Of a DNA stretch of 64,000 nucleotides, positions 22,148 to 33,805 are shown piece after piece. The notes under the pieces are model-generated. The model saw nothing but the letters and a program-made list of their open reading frames with translations. It was not told the origin of the DNA and did no database searches. Made by a program: the position numbers and the translations under genes. Numbering within the stretch: the stretch's first letter is position 1; each line of letters begins with the position of its first letter. The DNA is from Candidatus Pelagibacterales bacterium (GTDB taxonomy: Bacteria > Pseudomonadota > Alphaproteobacteria > Pelagibacterales > Pelagibacteraceae): assembly GCA_965235815.1 (NCBI GenBank), contig CBDDZE010000004.1:55750-119749 (forward strand), written 5' to 3'.

Positions 22148-23692
22148 ATGTTAAATAACAGAGTTGATACAGTAGAACTGATTAGGATAGTTGACGCTGT
22201 AGCAAACGAAAAATCAATTGATAAAGAGCTTGTCCTTACTTCTATGGAAGAAGCCATTGAGAAAGCCGCACGAACACGTTACGGACAAGAGAATAATATT
22301 TATGTTTCTATCAATAGAGCTAATGGTCAAATCGAATTAGGTCGAAGATTAAAAGTTGTAGAAAATCCAGCCAACAGTCAAAACGAAATTAGTTTAAAAG
22401 ACGCTCAAAAAATTAAAAGCGATATAGCACTAGATCAAGAAATTTTAGAACCACTACCACCAGTTGATTTTGGTAGAATTGCTGCTCAAGCTGCAAAACA
22501 AGTCATCACTACAAAAGTGAGAGATGCAGAAAGAGAAAAACAATATAACGATTTTAAAGATAAGATCGGCGAAGTTCTTAGCGGAATAGTTAAGAGAATA
22601 GAATTTGGAAATATCATCGTTGATTTACAAAAAGCTGAATCAATTATCAAAAGAGATGAGTTAATCCCAAGAGAAAACATAAAAGTAGGCGACCGAATTA
22701 AAGCTTATTGTTATGAAGTTAAAAAAGAAGCTAAAGGTCCACAAATATTTTTATCAAGAGCTCATCCTCAATTTATGGCAAAACTATTCAAACTTGAGGT
22801 GCCAGAAATTTATGAAGGAACAATTGAAATTAAATCAGTAGCAAGAGATCCAGGAAGTAGAGCAAAAATTTGTGTTACATCAAAAGATAAATCGATAGAT
22901 CCAGTTGGAGCTTGTGTTGGTATGAGAGGAAGTAGAGTGCAAGCGGTGGTGAATGAATTACAAGGAGAAAAAATTGATATTATTCATTGGTCTGAAGATC
23001 CAGCAACACTTGTGATCAACGCTTTAGCTCCTGCTGAAGTTCAAAAAGTAGTTCTAGATGAAGCTACAAAAAGAATTGAAGTCGTGATTGATGAAAATAA
23101 TCTTAGCAAAGCGATTGGAAGAAGAGGACAAAACGTAAGACTTGCTTCTAAGTTAATGAATTATGAAATTGATATTTTAACAGATCAAGAAGAAACGGAA
23201 AAACGACAATCAGAATTTAAAATTAAAACAAAACGATTTATTGAAAGTTTAGAAATTGATGAAATGATGGCTCAGCTTTTAGTACTAGAAGGATTTTCTT
23301 CTATCAAAGAAATCGATGGGTCTCCTTTGGAGGAAATAACAAAAATTGATGGTTTCGATGCAGACACAGCAAAAGAATTAAAAGACAGAGCTAAAGAATA
23401 TTTAGAAACAGAATCTAAAGAAATATCAAATAGAGTTAAAGAGTTAGGTATTCAGGATGATCTTATGAATCATCCAGGACTATCACTTGGAATGCTACTT
23501 ACTTTAGGTGAAAAAAATATTAAAACTTTAGCTGATTTTGCAGACTTATCAGTTGATGAAATCTTAGGCGGCTACGATGAAGTTAAAGGAAAAAGAGTGG
23601 AATTTGAAGGAATCCTGCAGAATTTCGATATCATAAAAGCTGAGGCTGAGCGTCTAATAATGAGCGCAAGAGAAAAAGTTTTTAACAAATAA
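22148..23692 (+). CDS. nusA: Transcription termination factor NusA
   Basis: FGRIAAQAAKQ, ARDPGSRAK, IGRRGQNVRLAS; acidic C-terminal repeats. Confidence 0.98.
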   Translation: MLNNRVDTVELIRIVDAVANEKSIDKELVLTSMEEAIEKAARTRYGQENNIYVSINRANGQIELGRRLKVVENPANSQNEISLKDAQKIKSDIALDQEILEPLPPVDFGRIAAQAAKQVITTKVRDAEREKQYNDFKDKIGEVLSGIVKRIEFGNIIVDLQKAESIIKRDELIPRENIKVGDRIKAYCYEVKKEAKGPQIFLSRAHPQFMAKLFKLEVPEIYEGTIEIKSVARDPGSRAKICVTSKDKSIDPVGACVGMRGSRVQAVVNELQGEKIDIIHWSEDPATLVINALAPAEVQKVVLDEATKRIEVVIDENNLSKAIGRRGQNVRLASKLMNYEIDILTDQEETEKRQSEFKIKTKRFIESLEIDEMMAQLLVLEGFSSIKEIDGSPLEEITKIDGFDADTAKELKDRAKEYLETESKEISNRVKELGIQDDLMNHPGLSLGMLLTLGEKNIKTLADFADLSVDEILGGYDEVKGKRVEFEGILQNFDIIKAEAERLIMSAREKVFNK

Positions 23693-23714
23693 TAAACTCG
23701 CTTTTAGAAAAAAC

Positions 23715-25931
23715 ATGGACGTTAAAGACAAAAAAAAAAAACTTACATTAAAAAACTTTAGTGGTGGACCAGCAGCTGTTTCAAGCTACGCAAGAGGCGC
23801 TGGCAATAAATCAGTTTTAGTTGAAAAAAAGAAAAACAGATCGATTGATATTAGTCAGTCCGCAGAAAAACCAAAAGTTTCAACAACTCCACAAGAAGCA
23901 GTAAAAGGAAAGACTTTAACAAAAGAAGATACAGCTAAAGCACAAAAATCAGCTCAGGAATGGGCAAGAAAGAAAATTCAAGAAGAGCTTGAAATAGATA
24001 ACAGTAAAAAATTAATTAAAAAAACTCACGGTAAAAAAAGAGAATATAAACTAACCTTATCTAAAGCGCTTACGGATGCTGATGAAGATGAAAAATCAAG
24101 AAGTTTAGCTTCATTTAAAAGAGCTAGAGAAAAAGATAAAAAATTAGTTCAAGATGGTGATGAATCAGGTGAAGCAAAAAAAGCTTCTAGAGAAATATCA
24201 GTTCCTAATTTAATCACTATTCAAGAGCTTGCAAATAGGATGGCAGAAAAAGCAAGTTCTATTATTAAATTCTTATTTGAAAAAAATGTAAAAGTTACAA
24301 TTAATCATACAATCGATAGAGATACCGCAGAGTACATTGTTGGTGCATTTGGACATAAAGTTGTCAAAGATAATCAAATTGATGATGAATTATCAAAATT
24401 AAAAAAATCTAAAGAAGATGAAGATACATATTCTAGACCTCCAGTAATAACTGTAATGGGTCACGTGGATCATGGTAAAACTTCATTACTAGATGCATTA
24501 AGAGAAACAAATGTTGTTGCGACAGAGCACGGTGGAATTACGCAGCACATTGGTGCTTATCAAGTTTTTGCAGAAGATAAAAAATGGATGACTTTCATCG
24601 ATACACCGGGTCATGCGGCTTTTACTGAAATGAGAGCTAGAGGATCTAAAATTACAGATATTGTTGTTTTAGTTGTTGCTGCAAATGATGGAATTAAACC
24701 GCAAACAATTGAAGCGATACAACATGCAAAAGCTGCAAAAGTTCCAATCATAGTTGCAATTAACAAATGCGATATTCACGGCGTTGATAAGCAAAAAGTT
24801 AGAAATCAACTATTAGAGCACGAACTTGTTGTTGAAGAATTAGGCGGAGATATTCAGTGTGTTGAAATATCTGCTTTAAAGAAAACAAATTTAGATAAAT
24901 TAAAAGAGGCAATTATTTTACAAGCAGAAATTTTAAATCACAAAACGAACCCAAATGTACCAGCCCAAGGAATAGTAATTGAATCAAAATTAGACAAAGG
25001 CAAAGGACCTGTGTCGACAATTTTAATCACGAGAGGCACTTTAAAAAGAGGTGATTTCTTTGCAAGTGGTTTGCAGTGGGGAAAAATTAGAGCGATGAAT
25101 AATTTTAGAGGAGAATTAGTTAATGAAGCAAGTCCTTCAATGCCAGTTGAGATTATTGGTTTAACGGGTGTGTCTGAAGCAGGCGATGATTTTTTAGTTT
25201 TGGATAGCGAGGCAAAAGCAAAAGAAATAAATGAACATAGAATTGAACAGGGTAGATCTAAAAAAACTATCGGTCTTGTTAAGAAAAATGATATTTTTGG
25301 AGATGTTAACAAACAAAAAGAATTATCAATTATTATCAAAAGCGACGTGCATGGATCTGCAGAGGCTTTATCTAATGCGATATTAAAAATTCAACATGAT
25401 GAAGTTAAGCCAGATATAGTTTTATCATCCGTTGGTGCCATTACAGAGACAGATGTATCTTTAGCAAAAGCTTCTAATGCGGTTTTAATTGGCTTTAATA
25501 TTAAGCCTAATAAAGAAGCAAAAGATCTTGCGGTAAAATTAGGGGTGAACATTTTGTACTTTAATATTATTTATGAGGCGATTGAGCATATTACCAAAGC
25601 ATTGTCAGGTTTATTAGCGCCAGAAATTAATGAACAAGTATTAGGACAGTGCGAAATCTTACAGGTATTTAAATCTTCTAAAGCTGGAAAAGTTGCAGGT
25701 ATAAAAGTGACGGAGGGAAGCATCGTTAATAATTCTGATGTAAGAATTGTTAGAGACGGAAGCGTTGTATACACAGGAAAAGTTGCATCTCTTTTTAGAG
25801 AAAAAAATGAAGTGAAAGAAATTAAAGCAGGTATTGAAGGCGGAGTAGCTTTTAAAGATTTCTTAGATTTTAAAGAAAAAGATATTATTGAAGCGTTTTC
25901 TGTCGTTGAAAGCGCAAGAACAATAAATTAG
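23715..25931 (+). CDS. infB: Translation initiation factor IF-2
   Basis: GHVDHGKT, DTPGH, NKCD GTPase motifs. Confidence 0.99.
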   Translation: MDVKDKKKKLTLKNFSGGPAAVSSYARGAGNKSVLVEKKKNRSIDISQSAEKPKVSTTPQEAVKGKTLTKEDTAKAQKSAQEWARKKIQEELEIDNSKKLIKKTHGKKREYKLTLSKALTDADEDEKSRSLASFKRAREKDKKLVQDGDESGEAKKASREISVPNLITIQELANRMAEKASSIIKFLFEKNVKVTINHTIDRDTAEYIVGAFGHKVVKDNQIDDELSKLKKSKEDEDTYSRPPVITVMGHVDHGKTSLLDALRETNVVATEHGGITQHIGAYQVFAEDKKWMTFIDTPGHAAFTEMRARGSKITDIVVLVVAANDGIKPQTIEAIQHAKAAKVPIIVAINKCDIHGVDKQKVRNQLLEHELVVEELGGDIQCVEISALKKTNLDKLKEAIILQAEILNHKTNPNVPAQGIVIESKLDKGKGPVSTILITRGTLKRGDFFASGLQWGKIRAMNNFRGELVNEASPSMPVEIIGLTGVSEAGDDFLVLDSEAKAKEINEHRIEQGRSKKTIGLVKKNDIFGDVNKQKELSIIIKSDVHGSAEALSNAILKIQHDEVKPDIVLSSVGAITETDVSLAKASNAVLIGFNIKPNKEAKDLAVKLGVNILYFNIIYEAIEHITKALSGLLAPEINEQVLGQCEILQVFKSSKAGKVAGIKVTEGSIVNNSDVRIVRDGSVVYTGKVASLFREKNEVKEIKAGIEGGVAFKDFLDFKEKDIIEAFSVVESARTIN

Positions 25932-25937
25932 TTAATA

Positions 25938-26315
25938 ATGAACATTCATTTAAGCGATCAGCCTTTCACCCAAAGGCAGTTAAGAGTTGGTGAACTATTA
26001 AAACAGTTACTTGGAAATTTATTTTTAAAAGAAGAAGTGGCTTTGCCAAATATCAATACTCGAGTGATTACGGTTTCAGAAGTTAGAATGAGCCCAGACT
26101 TAAAACATGCAAAAGTTTTTTTTATGCCGCTTGGAGGTAAAAATTCAGAGTTTATTTTACAATCACTTATCAATAATAATGGTTTAATTAAAAAACAAAT
26201 GTCGCGTAATTGGAAAAATAAATTTTTGCCCAATCTTCATTTCGTATTAGATGAATCTTTTGATTATGCTGAAAAAATTGAAAAATTAATTATTAAGACG
26301 CACGAAAATGATTGA
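25938..26315 (+). CDS. rbfA: Ribosome-binding factor A
   Basis: RQLRVGE, VSEVRMSPDLKHAKVF, PNLHFVLDES; follows infB. Confidence 0.95.
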   Translation: MNIHLSDQPFTQRQLRVGELLKQLLGNLFLKEEVALPNINTRVITVSEVRMSPDLKHAKVFFMPLGGKNSEFILQSLINNNGLIKKQMSRNWKNKFLPNLHFVLDESFDYAEKIEKLIIKTHEND

Positions 26316-27186
26316 TGGTTGGATAAATTTAAATAAACCCAAAGGTTTTAGCTCTGCATACTGTTTAAACATCATAAAGAGTAAGTTTAAAAAAATTAAA
26401 ATTGGTCATGCTGGAACTTTAGACCCATTAGCTGAGGGCGTTCTGCCTATTGCCCTAGGTGAAGCAACTAAGACTGTTTCATTAATACATTTACTATTAA
26501 AAAGTTATTTATTTGAAATTCAGTGGGGATCAGAGACGGATACCTTAGATTTAGAAGGTAAAGTTACAAAAAGTAATGAAATTTATCCGACAAAAAAAGA
26601 AGTTCAAAATATTTTAAAAAAATTTATTGGCTACCAAATGCAAATGCCGCCGAAATTTTCTGCTGTAAAGATTAATGGCAAAAGATCTTATGAACTTGCG
26701 AGAAATAATTTAGAATTTGATATGGAGGAGAGAAAAGTTTTTATAAAAAATATTAGATTATTAAAACATGAAAATAACAAAAGCCTTTTTTATATAAAAT
26801 GCGGAACAGGAACTTATATTAGAAGTCTGGCACGAGACATTGCAAAATCCTTTGATGGATTTGCTCATGTCACTAAATTAGTCAGAACTCGATATGGAAA
26901 TTTTAGAATTAAGAACTCAAATAGCCTTGAAAAATTAATAGAAAAAGAAAGCACTGCCAACTTTTTAAAATATGTACTTGATATTCAGAGCGCTTTAATA
27001 CATATACCTAGCATTAAATTAAATGATGAAAGAGTTAATTTAATAAAGAATGGAATGAAAGTTAGTTTGGTTAATGAATTTGGAAAGGTTAGTTTAGACA
27101 ATATTTACACAGCGGCTTTAGAAAAGCCACTTGCTCTCGGATACCTTAAGTCCGGTTTTTTTTATCCAAGAAGAGTATTTAATTAA
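26308..27186 (+). CDS. truB: tRNA pseudouridine-55 synthase
   Basis: GHAGTLDPLAEGVL, PPKFSAVKING, GTYIRSLARD. Confidence 0.97.
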   Translation: MIDGWINLNKPKGFSSAYCLNIIKSKFKKIKIGHAGTLDPLAEGVLPIALGEATKTVSLIHLLLKSYLFEIQWGSETDTLDLEGKVTKSNEIYPTKKEVQNILKKFIGYQMQMPPKFSAVKINGKRSYELARNNLEFDMEERKVFIKNIRLLKHENNKSLFYIKCGTGTYIRSLARDIAKSFDGFAHVTKLVRTRYGNFRIKNSNSLEKLIEKESTANFLKYVLDIQSALIHIPSIKLNDERVNLIKNGMKVSLVNEFGKVSLDNIYTAALEKPLALGYLKSGFFYPRRVFN

Positions 27187-27190
27187 AAAA

Positions 27191-27460
27191 ATGACAAAAA
27201 AAATTTTAAATAAAGAAAGTGTTTTTAAAGATTTAAAACTGCATGCTAAAGACGTTGGCTCTTCAGAAGTGCAAATCGCTATTTTAACTGAGAGAATTAG
27301 ATATTTAACTGAGCATTTTACAAAAAATAAAAAAGATAAGCATTCGTACACAGGATTAACGACATTGGTGAATAGAAGAAAAAAACTATTAGATTATCTC
27401 AGCAAAACAAACGCAACCAATTATAAAAAGATCTTAGAAAAGCTGAATATCAGAAAATAA
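27191..27460 (+). CDS. rpsO: 30S ribosomal protein S15
   Basis: DVGSSEVQIAILT, KDKHS, RRKKLLDYL; start at ATG 27191. Confidence 0.96.
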   Translation: MTKKILNKESVFKDLKLHAKDVGSSEVQIAILTERIRYLTEHFTKNKKDKHSYTGLTTLVNRRKKLLDYLSKTNATNYKKILEKLNIRK

Positions 27461-27466
27461 ATTTTA

Positions 27467-29542
27467 ATGTTTAAAATAGTAAGAAAAGAGATTGTTTGGG
27501 GCGGTAAAAAATTATCTATCGAGTCCGGAAAAATTGCTCGTCAAGCAGATGGAGCAGTTATACTAACTTCAGGTGATACAGTTATTTTAGCAACAGTTGT
27601 TGGTGCAAAGAAAGCAAAACCTGACATAGATTTCTTTCCACTTACAGTAAATTACCAAGAAAAATATTACGCTTCAGGAAAAATCCCAGGTGGATATTTC
27701 AAAAGAGAAGCAAGACCAACAGAGAGCGAAACTCTAATATCAAGATTAATTGACAGACCAATCAGACCTTTATTTCCAGAAGGCTTTAGAAATGAAGTTC
27801 AAGTTTTACCAACAGTTCTTTCATACGAGAAAGATAACGATCCAGAAGTATTATCTTTAATTGCAGCTTCAGCAGCATTAGCTATTTCAGGAATTCCATT
27901 TATGGGACCGGTTGCAGCTTCTAAAGTAGGCTATATTAATAACAGCTTTGTTTTAAATCCAACAAAAGAACAATTAAAAGAATCACAATTAGAATTAATA
28001 GTTGCAGGAACTAAAGATGCAGTTCTGATGGTGGAGTCTGAGGCTTCAGGATTAACTGAAAAAATAATGTTAGATGCAGTTAAATTTGGTCATGACCAAT
28101 TTGCTCCGGTGATTAAAATGATAAATGAATTTGCTGCAGAATGTAAAAAAGAAACATGGGTTGTAGAGAAAAAAGATTTAAAAGTTGTAAAAGATAATTT
28201 ATTAAAAAATGTTAAAAATGATTTAGTGGCAGCGTTTTCAGAGCCAGATAAAAAGAAAAGAAGCGGATTAATTAATTTAGCAAAAGAAAAATCATTGGCG
28301 CTTTATACAGATTCAGAAGAATTTAGCAAAATGGACGTTGAATCTCAGTTTAAAGATGTTGAAAAAGAAATTGTTAGAACAAAAATTCTTAAAGAAAAGA
28401 AAAGAATTGATGGAAGAGGACTTGCAGATATTAGGCCGATTAAATGTGAAGTGGGTATATTACCTAGAACTCATGGTTCTGCTTTATTTACAAGAGGTGA
28501 GACACAAGCAATTGTTGTTACAACACTTGGAACTTCAGAGGATGAGCAAAGAATTGAAAGCTTAGATGGATTACAAAGATCTAGATTTATGTTGCACTAT
28601 AACTTCCCTCCATTCTCAGTTGGAGAAGTTGGTAGAGTTGGAACAGGTAGACGTGAAATAGGTCATGGTAAATTAGCGTGGAGAGCTGTTAATTCAATTT
28701 TACCTAAAAAAGAAGATTTCCCTTACACGTTTAGAATTGTTTCAGAAATTACAGAGTCAAATGGTTCATCATCTATGGCGACTGTTTGCGGAGCATCCCT
28801 TGCTTTAATGGATGCTGGAGTTCCAATTAAAAAACCAGTTGCAGGAATTGCAATGGGTTTAATTAAAGAAGGAGCTGATTTTTCAGTTCTATCCGACATC
28901 TTAGGGGATGAAGATCATTTAGGAGATATGGATTTTAAAGTTGCAGGAACAGAAGATGGAATTACTTCGCTACAAATGGATATTAAAATTACAGGAATTA
29001 CATTTGAGATTATGGACAAAGCATTATCGCAGGCAAAAGATGGTAGAATTCATATCTTAGGTGAAATGAACAAAGCACTTAAAGCTTCAAGAAAAGATTT
29101 ATCAAAACACACTCCAAAAATGGAAAAAGTGACTGTCGATAAAAAAGATATCGCAGCCATTATCGGAAAAGGCGGAGTAACAATAAGAGAGATCGTTGAA
29201 TTATCAGGCGCTAAAGTTGACATTAGTGATGATGGAATTGTAACTATTTCTGCACCAGATGAAATTTCAAGAAACAAAGCTTTAGAGATGGTAAAAAGTA
29301 TTATTGCAAAACCTGAACTTGGAAAAATTTACACTGGAAAAGTTGTTAAAATTATGGAATTTGGAGCTTTCGTAAACTTCTTAGGCAAACAAGATGGTCT
29401 AGTTCACATCTCTGAACTTGCAGCGAAAAGAGTAGAAAAAGTAAGTGACGTTGTAAAAGAGGGCGATGAAGTTAAAGTTAAAGTTTTAGGATTTGATAAA
29501 GGAAAAGTTAAACTTTCAATCAAACAAGCTTTAGATAGTTAA
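27467..29542 (+). CDS. pnp: Polyribonucleotide nucleotidyltransferase
   Basis: [24 protein letters not shown]; KH and S1 domains. Confidence 0.99.
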   Translation: MFKIVRKEIVWGGKKLSIESGKIARQADGAVILTSGDTVILATVVGAKKAKPDIDFFPLTVNYQEKYYASGKIPGGYFKREARPTESETLISRLIDRPIRPLFPEGFRNEVQVLPTVLSYEKDNDPEVLSLIAASAALAISGIPFMGPVAASKVGYINNSFVLNPTKEQLKESQLELIVAGTKDAVLMVESEASGLTEKIMLDAVKFGHDQFAPVIKMINEFAAECKKETWVVEKKDLKVVKDNLLKNVKNDLVAAFSEPDKKKRSGLINLAKEKSLALYTDSEEFSKMDVESQFKDVEKEIVRTKILKEKKRIDGRGLADIRPIKCEVGILPRTHGSALFTRGETQAIVVTTLGTSEDEQRIESLDGLQRSRFMLHYNFPPFSVGEVGRVGTGRREIGHGKLAWRAVNSILPKKEDFPYTFRIVSEITESNGSSSMATVCGASLALMDAGVPIKKPVAGIAMGLIKEGADFSVLSDILGDEDHLGDMDFKVAGTEDGITSLQMDIKITGITFEIMDKALSQAKDGRIHILGEMNKALKASRKDLSKHTPKMEKVTVDKKDIAAIIGKGGVTIREIVELSGAKVDISDDGIVTISAPDEISRNKALEMVKSIIAKPELGKIYTGKVVKIMEFGAFVNFLGKQDGLVHISELAAKRVEKVSDVVKEGDEVKVKVLGFDKGKVKLSIKQALDS

Positions 29543-30326
29543 GCCTGCATATTCTTTGGGTTAGGCATTCCAACGATATTATAACCAGCATCTACATAGT
29601 GAATTTCACCCGTAACACCAGCCGCAAGATCGCTTAATAGATAAACTGCAGCGCCACCGACATCATTAATATCAACATTTCTCTTTAGTGGAGAATGGTT
29701 TTCATTCCATTTATATAAAAACTTAGCATCACCAATTGCAGAAGCTGCTAAAGTCTTAATCGGACCTGCGCTAATAGCATTTACTCTAATTCCATTTGAA
29801 CCAAGATCAACGGATAAATATTTAACACTTGTTTCAAGGGCAGCTTTGCAAACTCCCATGACGTTATAATTTGGAATAACTTTATCAGCGCAATAAGTTA
29901 AAGTAATAAAGCTTGAGCCTGGTTTCATTATTTTAGCAGCTTCTTTACAAACTTCTGTAAAAGAAAAACAAGAAATTAACATACTATTTGAAAAATTTTC
30001 CCTAGATGTATTTAAATATTGTCCTGATAATTCTGATTTATCCGAGAAGGCAATTGCGTGAACCACAAAGTCTAAATTTTCCCATTTGTCTTTAATGTCT
30101 GAGAAAGTTTTAACAATGTCTTCTTTTTTTCCACATTACAATCTAACGTAAATTTTGAACCTAAAGACTCTGCAAGAGGAATAACTCTTTTTTTTAAAGC
30201 ATCACCTACATATGTGAATGCCAGTTCAGCGCCGTGCTCACTTAATTTTTTTGCAATACCCCAGGCAATTGAGCGATCATTTGCAACGCCCATGATCAAT
30301 CCTTTTTTACCTTGCATTAATTTCAT
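29539..30326 (-). CDS. fabI: Enoyl-ACP reductase, frameshift near 30125
   Basis: [42 protein letters not shown]. Confidence 0.95.
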
Positions 30327-30327
30327 T

Positions 30328-31542
30328 TTATAAACTTTCAAATACTAGAGTTGCATTCGTTCCGCCAAAACCAAAGCTATTAGACATCACACAATTCAAT
30401 TCTATATTTTTTTTAACTTCAGTTACAATAGGAAGTCCTTTTATTTTTTCATCTAAATCCTTTACGTTTGCTGAGGCCGCTATAAATTTATTTTTCATCA
30501 TTAGTAGACAGTAAATAGCTTCTTGAACTGATGTTGCTCCAAGCGAATGTCCTGTGATTGATTTTGTTGAACTAAAAGGAGGAACTTTATCTTTAAATAC
30601 TTCTTTCATCGCTTCAATTTCTTTTGTATCTCCTACAGGAGTAGAGGTTCCATGTGTATTAATGTAATCTATTTTAGAATGCCTTAAATTTTGCATAGAC
30701 ATTTTCATACATCTCACAGCTCCTTCACCAGAAGGCGCGACCATATCATAACCATCAGATGTGGCCCCATAACCTGTAATTTCAGCTATAATTTTAGCTC
30801 CCCTTGCTTTTGCATGTTCATACTCTTCTAAAACGATAACACCGCCTCCTCCTGCGATTACAAAGCCATCTCTGCTTGAATCGTAAGGTCTAGAAGCCGT
30901 TTGTGGCGTATCATTATATTTTGAAGATAATGCTGTCATCGCATCAAACATTGCAGAAAGACTCCAATCTATTTCTTCACCACCTCCGGCAAAAACAATA
31001 TCTTGTTTTCCATATTGAATAAGTTCCATAGCATTACCAATACAATGTGCGCTAGTTGCACAAGCAGAACTAATTGAATAGTTAACTCCTTTAATTTTAA
31101 ATGGTGTTGCTAAAGTTGCAGAACATGTGCTTGCCATTGTTCTTGGCACAATAAAGGGACCCATTTTTTTAGGACCTGATGCTCTTGTTGAATCTATTGC
31201 GAACATAACGTTCTTAATTGAAGGACCTCCTGATCCGATAATAATTCCAGTTTTCTCATTGCTAACTTCCTTTTCAGTAAGACCTGATTCTTCAATGGCC
31301 TCTTTCATTGAAAGATAAGCATAGGCAGATCCATCGCCCATAAATCTTAGAACTTTTCTATCAATTAAATCTTCGTATTTAATATTAGGAACACCGCAAA
31401 CTTGGCTTTTAAAATTATATTTTTTATATTCTTCAGAAAAAGTTATTCCAGATTTAGTATTTAATAGAGAATCTAAAACTTCTTTTTTATTGTTACCAAT
31501 ACAAGATACAATTCCAGAACCTGTGATTACTACTCTTCGCAT
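30328..31542 (-). CDS. fabB: Beta-ketoacyl-ACP synthase I
   Basis: [30 protein letters not shown]; AGGAG Shine-Dalgarno upstream. Confidence 0.96.
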   Translation of the reverse strand: MRRVVITGSGIVSCIGNNKKEVLDSLLNTKSGITFSEEYKKYNFKSQVCGVPNIKYEDLIDRKVLRFMGDGSAYAYLSMKEAIEESGLTEKEVSNEKTGIIIGSGGPSIKNVMFAIDSTRASGPKKMGPFIVPRTMASTCSATLATPFKIKGVNYSISSACATSAHCIGNAMELIQYGKQDIVFAGGGEEIDWSLSAMFDAMTALSSKYNDTPQTASRPYDSSRDGFVIAGGGGVIVLEEYEHAKARGAKIIAEITGYGATSDGYDMVAPSGEGAVRCMKMSMQNLRHSKIDYINTHGTSTPVGDTKEIEAMKEVFKDKVPPFSSTKSITGHSLGATSVQEAIYCLLMMKNKFIAASANVKDLDEKIKGLPIVTEVKKNIELNCVMSNSFGFGGTNATLVFESL

Positions 31543-31551
31543 CAATTCTCC

Positions 31552-32059
31552 TTAGCTTTTAAATAAACCAACTTTAAGATTTTTAGCGTTGTATATTTCC
31601 TTATTGTCTGCAAAGACTAAACCATCAGCCAAACCAACACAAGTTTCGCCTTTTCTTAATAATCTTTTGATATTAATGAAATATTTTACAAGTTTTACTT
31701 GTTTTATGACTTTCACCTGTAAATTTTACTTCATTCACACCAAGTGCTCGACCATGACCCGGATTTCCTAACCAGCCAAGATAAAATCCAAGTAGCTGCC
31801 ACATCGCATCTAATCCTAAACATCCAGGCATCACTGGATCCCCTCTAAAGTGACATTCAAAAAACCATAAATTATCTTTGATGTCTAATTCTGCTAAAAT
31901 TTCTCCTTTATTAAATAATCCGCCCTCAGCTGTAATTGAAGTAATTCTATCAAACATCAACATTGGAGGTGCAGGCAACTTTGCATTACCAGGTCCAAAC
32001 ATTTTCCCCTCAGCGCAATCAAGCAGATCTTGGTAGTCGTATTGATTTTTTTGTTTCAT
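31552..32059 (-). CDS. fabA: 3-hydroxydecanoyl-ACP dehydratase/isomerase, frameshift near 31715
   Basis: [32 protein letters not shown]; shifted frame ends LKVGLFKS*. Confidence 0.95.
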
Positions 32060-32130
32060 GAAATTGTTAGAGAATTAAAATTATTGATTATTAGATATTA
32101 ATTTACAGTTTAATACAGGATTTGACAAAT

Positions 32131-32608
32131 TTAATTGATAATCTCTTTATTTTCCAAGCCCCAAACATGATCAGTTTGTATCCAGCCTTTATAATTTTGG
32201 ATTTCAATCAAGCACCAATTTGGAATACATTTTTTAATGACAGCAGCTTCTAAATTTCCAATTTTAATAATAGGTTTTGAATAGAGAGTTGAATTTTTAA
32301 AAAGAACAATCCCATCTTTAGTAGTCAATAAAGTTCTTTTTCTAGATAACTGACTTAAATGAAGCCAGCCAATATCGCCTTGATAATCTTTAACTTTTCT
32401 CCATACTTCAAACTCATCGATCACTTCAACTGGCATATTCTTTTTTTCATATACGAATGCAATGGGATGTGCGGACGAGGGTCCAATTCTAAGGTTTGCA
32501 ACGCTAGTTCTAATACTAAGATATTTTTTAGTTGTGATTTTTTGTGCAAATAAATCACTCTTATAAAATAATAAAAGATAAAATAATAATTATTGCTCTA
32601 AACTTCAT
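32131..32608 (-). CDS. Exported tandem bacterial SH3-domain protein, frameshift near the N-terminus
   Basis: ANLRIGPS...MPVEVIDEFEVWRKVKDYQGDIGW and a second repeat ending KGWIQTDHVWG; hydrophobic N-terminus from ATG 32608. Confidence 0.8.
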
Positions 32609-33358
32609 TTAATCTTCTTAATGCAATTTTTGTTTTTATTTAATTTAATTTTTTTAATTAAAAGATTTTCAGCATTAATAATTAGGATATTTCCACATAA
32701 AGAGTTTTCAAAATTTAATATTTCGCGGAATGGCTTCATTAGCCATAATTGTTCCAATCATTCCTGCAAGAGTAGATAGAACGCCTTCATTTTGACAATC
32801 CATCATGTCGGTAGTTGGAATTTCTGGCATAAAACATCTGAGACAAGGTGAGTTTTTCTTTTTAAAGTTAAAAACAAATACATGACCATCAAATTTGCTG
32901 ATAGCTCCACAAATTAAGATTTTTTTATTTTTATAACAATAATCACTAATTAATAATTTTGATTTAAAGCTGTCGGTACCATCAATGATAAGATCATATG
33001 CTTTTGCAATTTTATTTATATTATCGCTATCAATCTTAGTTTTGAATTTTTTAATTTTTATTTTTGAATTAATTTTTTCTAATCTTTTTTCTGCGATGTC
33101 TACTTTAAATTTATTAACGTCTTCTTCATTAAATAAAATTTGTCGGTGTAAATTTGAAATATCTATTTTATCATGATCAACGATACCGATATTATTAATT
33201 CCAGATGATGCAAGATAAAGTGCAACAGGAGAGCCTAATCCACCAACACCAATGATGAGAACTTTTGTATCGATAATTTTCTTTTGACCAAAGCTGCCGA
33301 TCTTTTTTAAATTGATATGAGCAATGTATCTTTTGACATCGTCATAGCTAAGTTTCAT
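32605..33358 (-). CDS. ThiF/MoeB-family adenylyltransferase, frameshift near 32728
   Basis: GVGGLG, SNLHRQ, DGTD, PCLRC motifs. Confidence 0.9.
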
Positions 33359-33364
33359 GAATAT

Positions 33365-33805
33365 TTATCGGCCTGTTGAACCAAATCCACCGCTTCCACG
33401 AACTGATTCAGGAAGTGTATCAACCTCAACTAATTCAGCTTTTACAACAGGGCACAGCACCATCTGTGCAATTCTTTGCCCCGGTTCAATTTTAAAATTT
33501 TCTAAACTTAAGTTTATTAATATAACTTTAATTTCACCTCGATAATCAGCATCTACTGTTCCAGGCGTATTTAAAACGCTAATTCCATTCTTTGCTGCAA
33601 GTCCTGACCTTGGTCTTACTTGTATTTCGTAATTTTCAGGGATAGCAACGGATAGGCCCGTCGGCACTAATGTTCGCTCATTAGGCTTTAAAATTATTTC
33701 TTTATCAATATTGGCAATTAAATCTAAACCAGATGAGCCTATCGTTTCATACTTAGGCAGGTCTTTATTTTTATAATTTATTTTTTTTACTAAAATTTTA
33801 ACCAT
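33365..33805 (-). CDS. dut: dUTP diphosphatase
   Basis: RPRSGLA, GTVDADYRGE, RGSGGFGSTG. Confidence 0.98.
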   Translation of the reverse strand: MVKILVKKINYKNKDLPKYETIGSSGLDLIANIDKEIILKPNERTLVPTGLSVAIPENYEIQVRPRSGLAAKNGISVLNTPGTVDADYRGEIKVILINLSLENFKIEPGQRIAQMVLCPVVKAELVEVDTLPESVRGSGGFGSTGR

